Source of the DNA: Phoronis australis
Lineage: Eukaryota > Animalia > Phoronida
Assembly (NCBI GenBank): GCA_002633005.1
Contig: NMRA01000018.1
Location: 1-64,000 of the forward strand
Length of the DNA stretch: 64,000 nucleotides
Direction: 5' to 3'
Made by a program: the position numbers and the translations under genes. The notes below the pieces were generated by a model, which searched no databases, was not told the DNA's origin, and was given only the letters and a program-made list of their open reading frames with translations. Of the stretch, positions 1 through 11,262 are shown in pieces (positions within the stretch are counted from its first letter, which is position 1; every line of letters begins with the position of its first letter).

Positions 1-1945
1 AGTACATTACAATACACTTTGCTCACGGTGGAGAGCAGACTAATGCCTCTATAGTTGGACGGTAAATTCAAATCTCAATCTGACCCTTTCGGTATAGGGG
101 TGATAATCGCTTTATACCATAATGATGGGGTAAATCCAGTGTCAAAGACCTTCTGAAAGAGCGAGACCAAAATATTAACCATCTCTGGAGATCTCAGTAC
201 TTCGTATGGGATACCGTCTATACCAGTGGCCTTACGTGATTTTAATTTGCGAATAACAGAATAGACTTCAAAAAACGAAAAACGTTTTTCCAGTACTTCT
301 TTTGTCAAAGTAATATCTAGAGTTCTTGTATTCATACAGTCGCTCTCTTCGACGTTTATTATTTTTTTCCTTTGAGAAGTACTTTTTCTTTTTTGGCCAC
401 ATTTTTCCAAAGCTGCGTTAATTCATCATTCCAAAAGGGCTTGTTTGCCTTAAATCTTTTTTTCAGATTTTTATTGCAACTTTGAGAACATTTTAAATAC
501 AATTCCATTTCTGTTTTTATAATTTCGCAGAGGGAGTTATACATGTAGATCTCATCGACTTCATATTGTCTTCGACACTCATTTTCTAATATCAAAAGCA
601 ACTCTGCAATCGCCCTTTTAAAAATCTCATTGTCCATGAATTCACTAGGGATATAATTTAATTTAAACCGCTTTCTAAATCGCATATCAAAGGAGTAATC
701 CGTACCGTGATCCTCTACAGTTTCGTCACTGGTATTCACTGGAACGTGTAGCATAATTTCTAATAACAATACACTGTGATCAGGCAGTTTTGACTTTTCC
801 GACAACAAACCCTGTAAATGATGTTTGTCAACTACCTCTGTACAAGCATGGACCTCAAATTTAAGACAAGACTGCAGCGACTCATGGGGGACAATAAAGT
901 AATCTACAACCGCTCTTCCTCTATGACTTATTGAGGTGAAGTTATCTTTACTTATCTCTTTCCTACCATTCACTATGCAAGTTTTAGACCCTAACAAAAA
1001 ATCAATCAAACTTCTACCATGACTATTTACAGCTTTATCAATTACGACTCGTTTATTTACTTGACAATCAACATCTGGAATGTAATCATTCAAGTTACCC
1101 ACTCTCGAGTTAAAATCTCCACATATAACAACGTCATCTGCTATTTCTGCATGTAAATATAACTGGCATAATAGATGACTATAGAAACTATCCGCATCAC
1201 AACCCCTTGAAGAATTCTCAGGTGGTAAGTAGCAACAAAATACAATTATACAATAGTCTGAGCGTATATGAGTTAGTCTTAAAGCTAATATACCATCACA
1301 CGACTTGTCAACAATATCGATTTTAAATGTTTTAAANATTCAGACGGGTGCAGTCCAGTAAGGTCACATCTGAAGACAGGCCCATGCTACATAACAATTC
1401 CTCAATCACTTCGCGTAAAGGTCGGGTTGCGTTGACAATGCCTGATGCGATAATACACAAGTCATTGTTTTTCAAAGGGTCGTTCTGAATGACTAAATCT
1501 GAACCATGCGTGTAATGCTTCTCCAATGCGTTGACGCGGTTTTCAAGACGTGCAAAATCCATATCAATATCCGCCTTGAAGGATTTTAGCTTGATATCAA
1601 TTGAATTTGTAATCTCATTGCGTATTTTATCCATTTTGGATTCAAACGTTTTTCTAAGCCCATCTTGTGCAGACTTTAGATCTCGGATTTCTTTCAATAT
1701 GAGTTCAGATATCTCGCCTTGATGATCACGTGGAGCTGGGGAGGTCGGCATGCTTGATATAGCTTCACTAATTGAAGGTTGAGAATTAGACTTTTTGCTA
1801 CCTTTATCACCTGTACGGTTCATAGTTGACCTTAACTCGCTACTGTCCTTGCTTGGTTTACGTTTACGTACAATTTGCCACTCAGAATCATCCATTGAAA
1901 ACGAGCGAATTTAAAAGGCTGCCGCCATTTTTCGAGCATGCGCAC
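1..1945 (-). mobile_element. Defective non-LTR retrotransposon (ORF1 + APE endonuclease/RT ORF2; probably RTEX/CR1-L2 group); runs off the left edge
   Basis: ORF1-like coiled-coil protein at 1895-1338. APE motifs YLPPE, ICGDFNSR, VVDY and LPDH at 1336-770. RT N-terminal motifs KATGIDGIPYE, IITPIPK and NYRGISLLS at 260-1. Disabled by an in-frame TGA (75-77), a frame break with apparent internal deletion near 360-410, and an N join at 1337. Clade is inferred. Confidence 0.93.
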
Positions 1946-2404
1946 AAGTTTTATTTGTATGTTAGAACCGATTAACTGCAACATTATTTTGACTACAGTC
2001 CCCTTTTAAGGTAAGACTTAGAGTTTTCATGGACTCACACTTCTTCAGTACTTCGTTGGGCTTTCTGTGTTGACACTTGATTAGTTTATTAACTCTCGTG
2101 TAACTTTAGATTTAGTTCTAAGATCGGGAAGACTGTATGTGTAGTGCATTCGTTTAATACTTTCCGCTAGATAGCACCGGGAATACGCATTGTAAACTTC
2201 ATGTGTACGTTCAATAGAGCTCTACAAAAATAAGCATTGTGGAAATAGCGACTGTATCGAGGTTAATTTAAATGTTACCTAGTCCAATGCAAAAGAGAGA
2301 CAAGAATCATTCATACAATGATATCACAGTTGACGTCATTGTTACATGTATGAATTTATAGATGTTAACGTTATGCATTTACTAATTAAGGAAATGAAGC
2401 TTAC

Positions 2405-2556
2405 CAGGTGGGTCGGCCTTGCCCTCATCGTAATCAGACGAAACAGCCAAGCTCTTCGTCTTTTCATCGTTGGCGTAACTGAAGCCCACTTGATCTCCGT
2501 TTCCACTGAAGCCCAACCCGATTGTGTCGGATATGTTCAAACCCAGCTCCTTCGAC
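2405..2556 (-). CDS. GMC oxidoreductase exon 5
   Basis: ttttcag| ... |GTAAGC; encodes SKELGLNISDTIGLGFSGNGDQVGFSY...DPP. Confidence 0.9.
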
Positions 2557-5500
2557 CTGAAAACGTTGCACACCATGCCCTAGCTAACACACAAGTATCA
2601 CTGTGCAGGATAACCGCTACAAACGATTTACAAGAACGAGAATCTGTGCTAAATTAAAGCGACAAAACGTGCAGAATCTTTTAAAAATTTGAATGAGTCA
2701 TAAGATGACAATCCGACTGTTCTACGATATTCATCGTTTAACCATATCAGGCATTTACCTCGCTAGAATTTCTGTGGAGCCTATTGACCCCGCACCCAAG
2801 ATGACGATATCAGCCCTAACGACTTGCTCGTCTTTGCATACTTCGTCGCTATGACAACGCCTGTATGTCACTTGCCAGGTTCCGTCCTCAGGAACCTCTT
2901 GAACATGGACCACTTTAACCTAGTGAAGGTTGGAACATTGACAATGATATACTTGAAACAAGTCAAAAAATGCCAATTTAGACACAACAAAACATTTTGG
3001 CGACAAGGAAAAGAAATTATTGAATAAAGGATTTCTTAAGTTTCACTATGTGACACTAAAGGTCCCTTGTCTTATTTAGTAATAGAGTTCATGTGCATGT
3101 ACGCGTTGGGGCTTTAAGTCTTTCATCACAATAGAAGTTTCTGCTTGCTCGTGTTTCGGAGGCGTCATTGAATCCCCCTTGATTCAGAGGCCCCACCAAG
3201 TCAAATTCGAGTTCCCATAATTTTGCCCATTGGACCACTTTGTACGATTTGAAGTAGCGTACGGTAGTCAAAGCCATTTAACGAAACCAGTGGGTATAAA
3301 ATACGTAGTAGTACTGTAACTAAGTGGTTGTTGTGGAATGACCCTGGTGTCCTCCAATTCCGCCTACATGTATTTACATATTTCTAAAGCGTGGTTTGTC
3401 GTTTCTGTCTCTACAATTACCTGAGTGAAGATCCGTGCTCCGTGATACTTTGCGTCAGGTAGATAGTTCCTATCAAGTGTGTTCTTCGCCCCAGTGTTGC
3501 ACCCGGTCACGCAGTTACCGCAGCCATTACAGGCCGGTTGGGGCACACCCACGTGGTTTGACACTCGACTACTGGAGTCCGTAGTCACTGCAATTGGTGT
3601 TTTGTAGTGCAAGTCAGAAAGCGATTTCTTTTTCGCGTTCACCAAGTAATCTCCGAGATCTTCGATATCTTTAACATCGTTTCGTTTTATGAATTGTGCG
3701 ACTTTGCTCAGCTGCCGGGATTTTGTAGTTTCTTTTGGGTAAACGTTGGGATGTAACATCGTCTTTGCTCTCTCCATGTCAGCTTTAAACCCATCAAAAT
3801 CGTCCCTAAAATCTTGCGGCCATTCCTCGTCTAGAAAGACCCTCTCGTCAGCTTCAATGCAGACGCTGGCATTAATGAGTGACGTTCCTCCAAGACCACA
3901 CCCCTTCAAAACAGTCACGTCCTCGCTCACAACAAATTCGTACAGTCCTAGAATGAGATTTGAAATTCAGTAAATTTAAGTCATGAAATGTTTAAGCCTC
4001 AATTATTGCATCTTAAATAGTCTAATTTGGGATTTCGGGTGGCTTCTTTGTGTTGACAAGACGTGGAGGAACAGTCTTGAGCATTTTCTGTATGAATGCA
4101 TGGCAAATATAATGTACCAACTGATAAAATATTTGAAAGAAACGATTGATAAAGAGGGTATATGCAATGGATTTAAACCCCTATCACCAAGTTCAGCATT
4201 TTATTTCTTATAATATATTTGCTTTTGGACAGAATAGAATGAAAAACGATAGATTGTAGCATTTTTCGAATGTGGAGTAACTGCATTCAATTGTCAGAAT
4301 TACATATACTACACCTGGTAGACATTACCGGCAATGCCTTAATGAGTGCAATATGTGAATAATTTTGTTCTGACAATGAATAAAAACATTTAAAAGCCCC
4401 CACTTCAACTGAATAAACTAATTTTTATTAAATCCAGCGATTTTGCAATAACAATACACAGGATAACATGGCGCTGAATTCGAGTGACGTCTACTTTCGG
4501 TTTCTGGAAAGACTTTGAATTTTGGCAAATTGATGTCCTTTTTAAAACTGGTATTCAGTCGTTTTTTTCTTATTATGTACCTTCAAAACTCTAGAATACT
4601 TCTTTGTTGAGGTAAAATTGGTCCCAATTCCCTCCTTGGTCAGAATGAAGTTAATTTTAGCTTGAGAAGAATCACAAATTGGTGATTATTTGAAACCACT
4701 TGCGTAGGCAATAGTATTCAACGGGGGGACCTACATGCGAAACAGTCGGCGATCTGGACCTGTAATATGAGCAACGAAAATGTTTACAAGACTTTTATAG
4801 CAGAAGGCGGACTTAAACCAGTACTAAACGACTCTTAGTCACTGGCTGCCTGTTAGGATGACACGCATTGTCCCGTTGATGGCCTCACAGGGCTCTAAGT
4901 ACCGAAAGTGTTAATACCAGCACTAACCTAAGTCATTGCCAGAGACCGTGTGCCCGTCAACTTTCATTTGCATTTCACTGGAAGCATCCAAAAAAGTCTC
5001 CGGAAAGTTTCCCGGCAACCACTCTTTCCCTCGTTCCAAGACGCAGACAGATCTTCCCGCACGCGCTGCACGTGAGGCAGCGATGGAGCCTCCGTAGCCA
5101 GAACCGACGACAACTACATCGTAGAAGCTTCCAATGACCGTCGTATCGGTCTCTGATATCCGGGGCACTTCGGGTGTCTGTAAAACAAGCAATTCCATTG
5201 ATATAGTCTAAACTGCCTGGATATAAGATTTAAAAGGGATCAACGTGAGGATCATTACGCAGGCGTGGACATAGAGAAGTGTCCGTAGAGTCCGAGCGCC
5301 ACTTATACGTTACTGAACATGATGACTCTCAATCACTCCTGCCTGGCCACTGTCGTTTCCCCTCCCAATGGTATTTAACTGTTGCCTATTGTGTAAAATA
5401 CTCTAAATGCATTGTCTACTGGTTGCTAGACGGCCCTGATGCCTCGGAATTGATCATCAAAATGACGTAATGTATCTGGGCAAGCCCCCCAACAATAGTA

Positions 5501-8267
5501 CATAATGGTGCCCCCTTACAATAATTTTCCCACGTTCAATTTATTGCTGGTGTCCGTTGGGCAAGGGCAACACCTTTATAACCTCACTGCCCTGGTGTGC
5601 ACCTAAAAATGTGCGCAGTGTTGATATGCCACCTACCAGGCTAGTCGACTCACGTGACTGCAAATAAAACATTGATTACAATCGGGAACCTTACGGTATT
5701 TTCTGCTTGCACCATAGATTATAGACAACATAGTCTATGCTTGCACGAAGCCGGCTGCGCGCAAGAGGCTAGCCATACAAGTCTGAGAACTAGCGCGGCG
5801 CCAAACTAGGTAAGCAGGCCGATATTAACATTGCACTCTTAACCCGGCAACAAAGTGCAGATTTCAATTAAAATAGGGAGTGAGGGGCGAAAACGAATTT
5901 TTGCCTTCAGTACGTGAATGATGGGAGCATGTTTGGTTGCAGAGACTTTCAGATTAATTATAAACTTTTGATTTTATCCCCTGGATCTCGGCTGATGCCT
6001 AGGTATTAGGTTACAGTAAAATAGTATTTTAAAATCTTTAAGTGCCATTAAATTCATTAAAGTCTGGCTTTTTATTTTTATCTAGGCCTAACTAATGGTA
6101 TGAATACTGAACCTGGGATAGACTTCGTGAAATTGAGACTGGCCTCTCAATTTTTTTACTAACATCATCGGAACCCTGCACACCTTTTGAAGTCCTCGAT
6201 TTTAGAGTTAGGCACACCCAATTATCTGTGAAGATTTTTCTTCATTGGCTACTGATATCAATGTTCTTGATGGTAATAGAAGTAGAACCCTATCCCGGTA
6301 ACGAATTTGATGAGATCGATTGTATGAGAGCAAAAAGGCTCATCCGATTTTCGTATAAACCAACTAAATAGGATGAGGTGCTACACACACGAAAATTACC
6401 TTCGACCTAGAACAGCGCTAAATCGCGACATTCAGTCTTCATAGTTAAAATTGAAAGCAGTGCTTCAAACTAATTTTGGAGGTGGAAAACCTTGGTTACC
6501 CTGTCACAAATTAATGTAGAATATGGATGTTCTCAAACTAAAAAGACGTGCATGCATGCACGTGCATGCATGCACGTGTAAGCTAACTCGATAGGAATTC
6601 GAAGACCGTGCTAAAAATTTAGATTTGGTCTTGATAATGGCCTGCTTTGTATATATTTTCGATAAAAGCTTAGATCTCCCAAGACTCTTTAATATCAGTC
6701 GCTTCTAATTACACGGCGATTACTGGACGAAGTATGCACGTAAGTACATGTAAGTTTAAGCTTGTCTGCGGAAAAGGTAATTATGTGTACCAACACGAGA
6801 ACGTAGAATTTCATAATTTGTTATACTATGCTCGGTACACAGTGTTATTTGTACGTCTAGGCTTTTGTTTTTCCGCAAGAGAAAAAACAGAAACGCATCA
6901 TTCATACATTGACCTTTGAACCTTCCATAATATTGAAACCGATGATGGACGGTTAAGCACCCGTGTCTTCTGGTAAAAGGTCAAATGAGATGCGGCCACG
7001 TTTTTGTTGTCGTTGTTGGAACATCGAAAATAGCTAGAATTTAGTCAGGGGCGGATCCAGGATTTTGAGTTAGGGGGGCCAGGCCAGAATATTACCCAAG
7101 ATTTTGCCCGACAGACATGCGCACCTCCCGAACTGCCAAATGGAATATGGGAATTTTTTAGGGGGCATAGCCCCCTTGGCCCCCCTCTCAATCCCCCACT
7201 GGTCTAGTAAGTGTTGTTGTTACAATGGCATCTCTCACAATTGTACACTGGTCACTGAACCCTTTTTGAGTCAGAAAGGGGCTTCCTTTACATTTACTAA
7301 TTTAGACCACGTGATGAGCTGAGTCTGTAGTGAAGGTGAATATTTCATCGGAGCTCCACACTTACGAGTCCATTGTTTTTCGGGTGCGTTTTCAACGTGA
7401 ATGGATTTCCGAATTTTACAGCTGCACCTCGCGAACACTGTACTCAGTTTCTCGCCGCTTTCAGCTTAGTTGCAGGCCCGTACATGTACATGTGTGTTTG
7501 CGCCGCTCTCTTGATCGCCATTCAAGTATGAAGTCTTGCATCTTTGTGTCCCTTTCTCAGCACCCAAGTAAGAAAAATGAATCCCCTTATGTTTGTACAT
7601 TGTATAGCTCTCTCGGCATCCAAGTATCAAGTCATTCTGCTGTGCGTGAACTCATCTTGCTTAATCTCAAGATCGCGTATGCGTGAACTTGGAATACATG
7701 AGGAAACTTGACAAGTTCTCTCAAAAAATCACGTTCACGTGGATAAAAATTTGCACTGCACTGAACCAAATTATACGTTAATAAAATAACGTAAAATCTA
7801 ACTAATTTTTTCAGCTTTTGGGGATCTTATTCACCAAACAACAATTGTTTTAACCAATCACAAATTCCTCCGATTCTTTGACATAAGTTACGGTAAAGGC
7901 CAATAATTACAAAAATTTTCACACTGAACAAAAAATTTCACCGGACTGTTCAATGCTAAGCTCACGCATACGCAATCTTGAGATTAAGCAGGATTCCAAG
8001 TTCACGCGCAGCAATTCAGTTGTTACCGAAGGCTACCTACATTTACCATAAGATCGTAAAATATGCACAAATAAGCAATCTAAACCGTTTCTCCTGACGA
8101 AAACACTTTGAGGATAGACCGTTGTTTCGTATAGCTCTCGTTTCACTCAAGATTATTATCCTCGATGTTTTTCTGTGTCCACCCGAAAAAGCCCGAAGAA
8201 AAATAAAGAAACTCACCTGGCCACCTGGAATAATTTTTGGCTTGCCGGTTGACGGTTTACAACCCAT
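2405..8267 (-). CDS. Cholesterol oxidase (ChoD)-type GMC oxidoreductase, 5' part, 5 exons (about 380 aa in window)
   Basis: Exons 8217-8267, 4928-5177, 3421-3947, 2759-2919 and 2405-2556 join with GT-AG introns in compatible phases (0,1,0,2). Motifs: YDVVVVGSGYGG...VLERG (FAD Rossmann fold), GCGLGGTSLINA, CNGCGNCVTGC-GAKNTLDRNYL, ADIVILGAGSIGSTEILARS, GFSGNGD. The 3' exons lie beyond the window. Confidence 0.92.
2759..2919 (-). CDS. GMC oxidoreductase exon 4
   Basis: cactag| ... |GTAAAT; encodes VKVVHVQEVPEDGTWQVTY...ADIVILGAGSIGSTEILAR. Confidence 0.9.
3421..3947 (-). CDS. GMC oxidoreductase exon 3
   Basis: ttctag| ... |GTAATT; encodes GLYEF...GCGLGGTSLINA...CNGCGNCVTGC...GARIFTQ. Confidence 0.93.
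4928..5177 (-). CDS. GMC oxidoreductase exon 2 (FAD-binding)
   Basis: ttgttttacag| ... |GTTAGT; encodes TPEVPR...YDVVVVGSGYGGSIAASRAARAGRSVCVLERGKEWLPGNFP. Confidence 0.92.
5713..5739. mobile_element. 27-bp P-type transposon footprint or ultra-minimal element
   Basis: CATAGATTAT...ATAGTCTATG inverted ends (9/10 match), flanked by a perfect 7-bp direct repeat CTTGCAC (5706-5712 and 5740-5746). Confidence 0.7.
6546..6577. repeat. Perfect 32-bp palindrome of alternating purine/pyrimidine
   Basis: ACGTGCATGCATGCACGTGCATGCATGCACGT equals its own reverse complement. Confidence 0.95.
7046..7201. mobile_element. CAGGGGCGGATC-type MITE (hAT-like), copy 1
   Basis: Ends CAGGGGCGGAT / ATCCCCCACTG; internal sequence nearly collinear with 38845-39001; no clean TSD. 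Confidence 0.8.
7638..8013. mobile_element. MITE with about 55-60-bp TIRs
   Basis: Left TGCTGTGCGTGAACT...GCTTAATCTCAAGATCGCGTATGCGTGA matches the reverse complement of about 7955-8013; flanked by ATTC on both sides. Confidence 0.85.
8217..8267 (-). CDS. GMC oxidoreductase putative exon 1 (MGCKPSTGKPKIIPGGQ)
   Basis: ATG at 8267 and strong donor CAG|GTGAGT in phase 0, matching the phase-0 acceptor at 5177. GC-box (GGGCGTGGC) about 120 bp upstream. No homology support, so the link to exon 2 is inferred. Confidence 0.7.
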
Positions 8268-8919
8268 TGCGATGTCTACGGGAACCTAAGTGCGTCTGTA
8301 GCTATATTGTAAGTATGATTCAGGGTGGCATCTGCCAAAGTGATATATGTATGTGAGACACAGAGGCAATTAATAAAAAGAAGGGCGTGGCAAAATCTAG
8401 GTCGCTGCCATGCAATTGTAGTCAAAACATGTAAATAGCGCATAAAATTTAAGACAGTATGATTAGTCGTTTTTGTAGATTGAAATTGTCTGTCATCAAC
8501 TTGACAACGAATCGATATTTATGCACAATTTAGTGAGGTATAATTTACACCTGTAAACAATTGTCCACACTGTTCAAGGAGTTCGACTCAGTTTTGACTT
8601 GAGTTCATTTTATTTTTATTTTGTTTTTGTCAGCTAAATTGTTGAAAAAGTGATGGTCACTGATTTATTTTTTGTTTTTTATTGCAGTAACCAGAGGCAC
8701 CTGCATCAAATGTATGAAACGAACATGGGCACCTCTCACAGAGACTTGGGAACTGATCCGCTGCAGTGAACAACTAGAGGGCGATTACGCAGAAACTGGG
8801 CAGCTACAGAGAACAAATGTGGGGCCAGACAGAATATAAATGATCAAAATAAAAATCCCAAAATGTATCCTCAAATTTGCAAAATCTTAAAATCTTTTGA
8901 TTTATGCTTTTGATTAGTG

Positions 8920-11045
8920 GCAGGATCTGCCCTGAACTCAACGACTTTACTTCGATTTCAGCTCGTGGTGAAGCGATGGTTGATTACAATGTAACTAGTC
9001 ATATCGTTATTTCGTTTTTTAGTCCATAGAAGTTTAGTTGTGATCGATCAAATCGGATTGCAGGATTTGGTCGGTCTTAAATGTAAGGTATCCGATCATT
9101 CAACAACTTCTTTTACATTTAATTTTCTTGATGATACAAACAGGGCTGATAATGAATCTGAAATAAAAGTAGGCGGTTGGCGTAGAAGTCGAAAATATGA
9201 TGTTAAAATGTCCCTGCTATTTTTGCAAATTCTGGAATATTTAGCGAAGAAATTACGAAGTTGATTGATTCGTTTCTAGTAAAACATGGTCAATGGGGAA
9301 TAACTGATGAAAATTATGATGCTTTTATTAAGTTGTTAGTTGATGAATGGGTTCACATTTAAATTATAAGGATTATTACCACAGTAGGAAAACGAGAAAA
9401 CGTCGGCAAAATAATAAGCCTTAATGAAAAAATGAATTAGATAAACCTAAGAATGAAATGAATTATTGGAAAAATAATTCGTGCCTTTTAACAGGGGATA
9501 TCATCACTAGGTAAATTTTAAGGAACCGTTTATTTAGGCTCAAAATGATTTTGATAAAAAATATAAAAAATTGTGATCATCAATTCCAGATTTTTCAACA
9601 AGGCAGATTAGAAAATCTAAATACAAATAATCCTACTGAGTTTTAGTGATATATTACGAAGTTAGGTCCTAATATACAAAGTGCCATACTTTTAGTAGTC
9701 CTAGATCCTGACAACAGGGTTATTTCAAAGATGAATACTGTCTTACAAAAATGGAAAAATGACTTTCAAAAGCGATTCCAAAAAATTTCAAGCGATCAAA
9801 CTTTTGATGAAATTGTTCATCAAAATGTTATGGACAGACGAAATAATTAAGAAAACTTGTATAGCAATGAAGACAACGACACTGTTTCTGTCTTAAATAG
9901 TTATATACAATTTGAAGAGGTCACGAAAGCACTTATGGGTGAAAAAAATTGTGAAGAAACTGGTGTAGATAAGATTCCGTACGAGATATGAAAATTTGAT
10001 GATATTATTAAATTTCTTACTGAATTGTTGATTTTTGTGACCAGTGTTATGCCCTCGTGTTGGCCGGTGCAGAGCAAGTATTGTCCCTTTACCAAAAAGT
10101 TCGTCTGATGACCTCCGAGTAGCATTACGCTACTGAGGAGTTAGTCTGTTGTCAAGTATTTATAAAATATTCAGCTCTGTTTTGAATAATAGGAGAGAAG
10201 ATTTTTGTGACACGAATAGTGTTACGTGGAGAGCTAAACGGTTTCTGGAGTCTGCGCTCTTGTCTTGATCATTTATGTGTTTACACAACTCTAATAATGA
10301 CTAGAAAGACTTCCAGTCTTTCACCTTTATCGGTATTCATCGATTTGAAGAAGGCCTTCTACTGGACTAGTCACGACATAATGTTTTATATGTTGATAAA
10401 ACTGGTATCTGAGGACGAATATATTCTGCTATTAAAATGATTTAAAGAAACCCGCTCAACTTTAAACACTTTGTACTCAGACTGGTTCAATCGTGAGAGT
10501 GGTGACAGTCAAAGTGAAACATTATTCACGGCTTCATTGCATTATATATCAATGATCTGGTGCATGAGGTTATTGACCAGGGCAAGGGTGCGAGAGCTTG
10601 TGAAATTTCTACATCTGCTTTACTCTATGCAGACGACATTTAGTGTTTGTGGTTGAAAATGAGAGGGATTTACAGGAGATGTTCAATATTCGCCAAATAC
10701 TGTATGTCGAAAAAATTGTGCGCTTACGATCAAAATCAACCGACATTTGTATTTTAAATTTGAATTAGGGTCGGAATCTGTTAAATACCAATTATCCTAT
10801 ACATTTAAGTATTTAGGCATAATTTTGGACGAACATCTAAACTTCAAAAGTTCCGCCGCTGGTGCAGCTGGTAGAGCATTAGGAAAACGGATTATCACAT
10901 TAATTTGAAAACGAACACAAACTTAACGCTTACAACAGTGTTTAATTCTTGTGTAGCTCCAATTTGAGACTACGCATCGGGTACTTAGGGTCTCAGAGAA
11001 TTTAAATCCCCTGAAACTATCCAAAATAGACCTATTAAATTTCAT
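8920..11045 (+). mobile_element. Highly degenerate APE-RT LINE ORF2, related to the element at 1-1945
   Basis: Fragments across many stops and frameshifts: NDFTSISARGEAMVDY, VSDHS, TGVDKIPYE, GVSLLSSIYKIFSSVLNNR, RSCLDHL, FIDLKKAF, LLYADD, KYLGIILDEHLNF, AGRALG. Confidence 0.9.
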
Positions 11046-11262
11046 GTGATAAACAGAATTAATGTTGACGCTTGAGGAAACTACATCGACCTGGGAGAAA
11101 ATACGGTGATCTCCGTGAATATACGGCGATCGGTCTCTGAAAAATCACGATTTTGCGGGAAAATGCAATCACGCGATTGCCCTTAAGTAAAGAATATATC
11201 GGCATACATGTAGCTTTGAAATGGCTCTTGTGTGTGTCCAGGCTGGATATTCGTGCATGCTA

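Noticed and set aside
2139-2221. Sixth exon of the GMC oxidase after the acceptor-like tttttgtag
   Set aside because: The required phase gives E-L-Y-stop and no GMC similarity.
2405-5177. Bacterial contamination as the source of the oxidase
   Set aside because: Canonical spliceosomal introns, embedded animal transposons and linkage to LMO4 and TMEM175.
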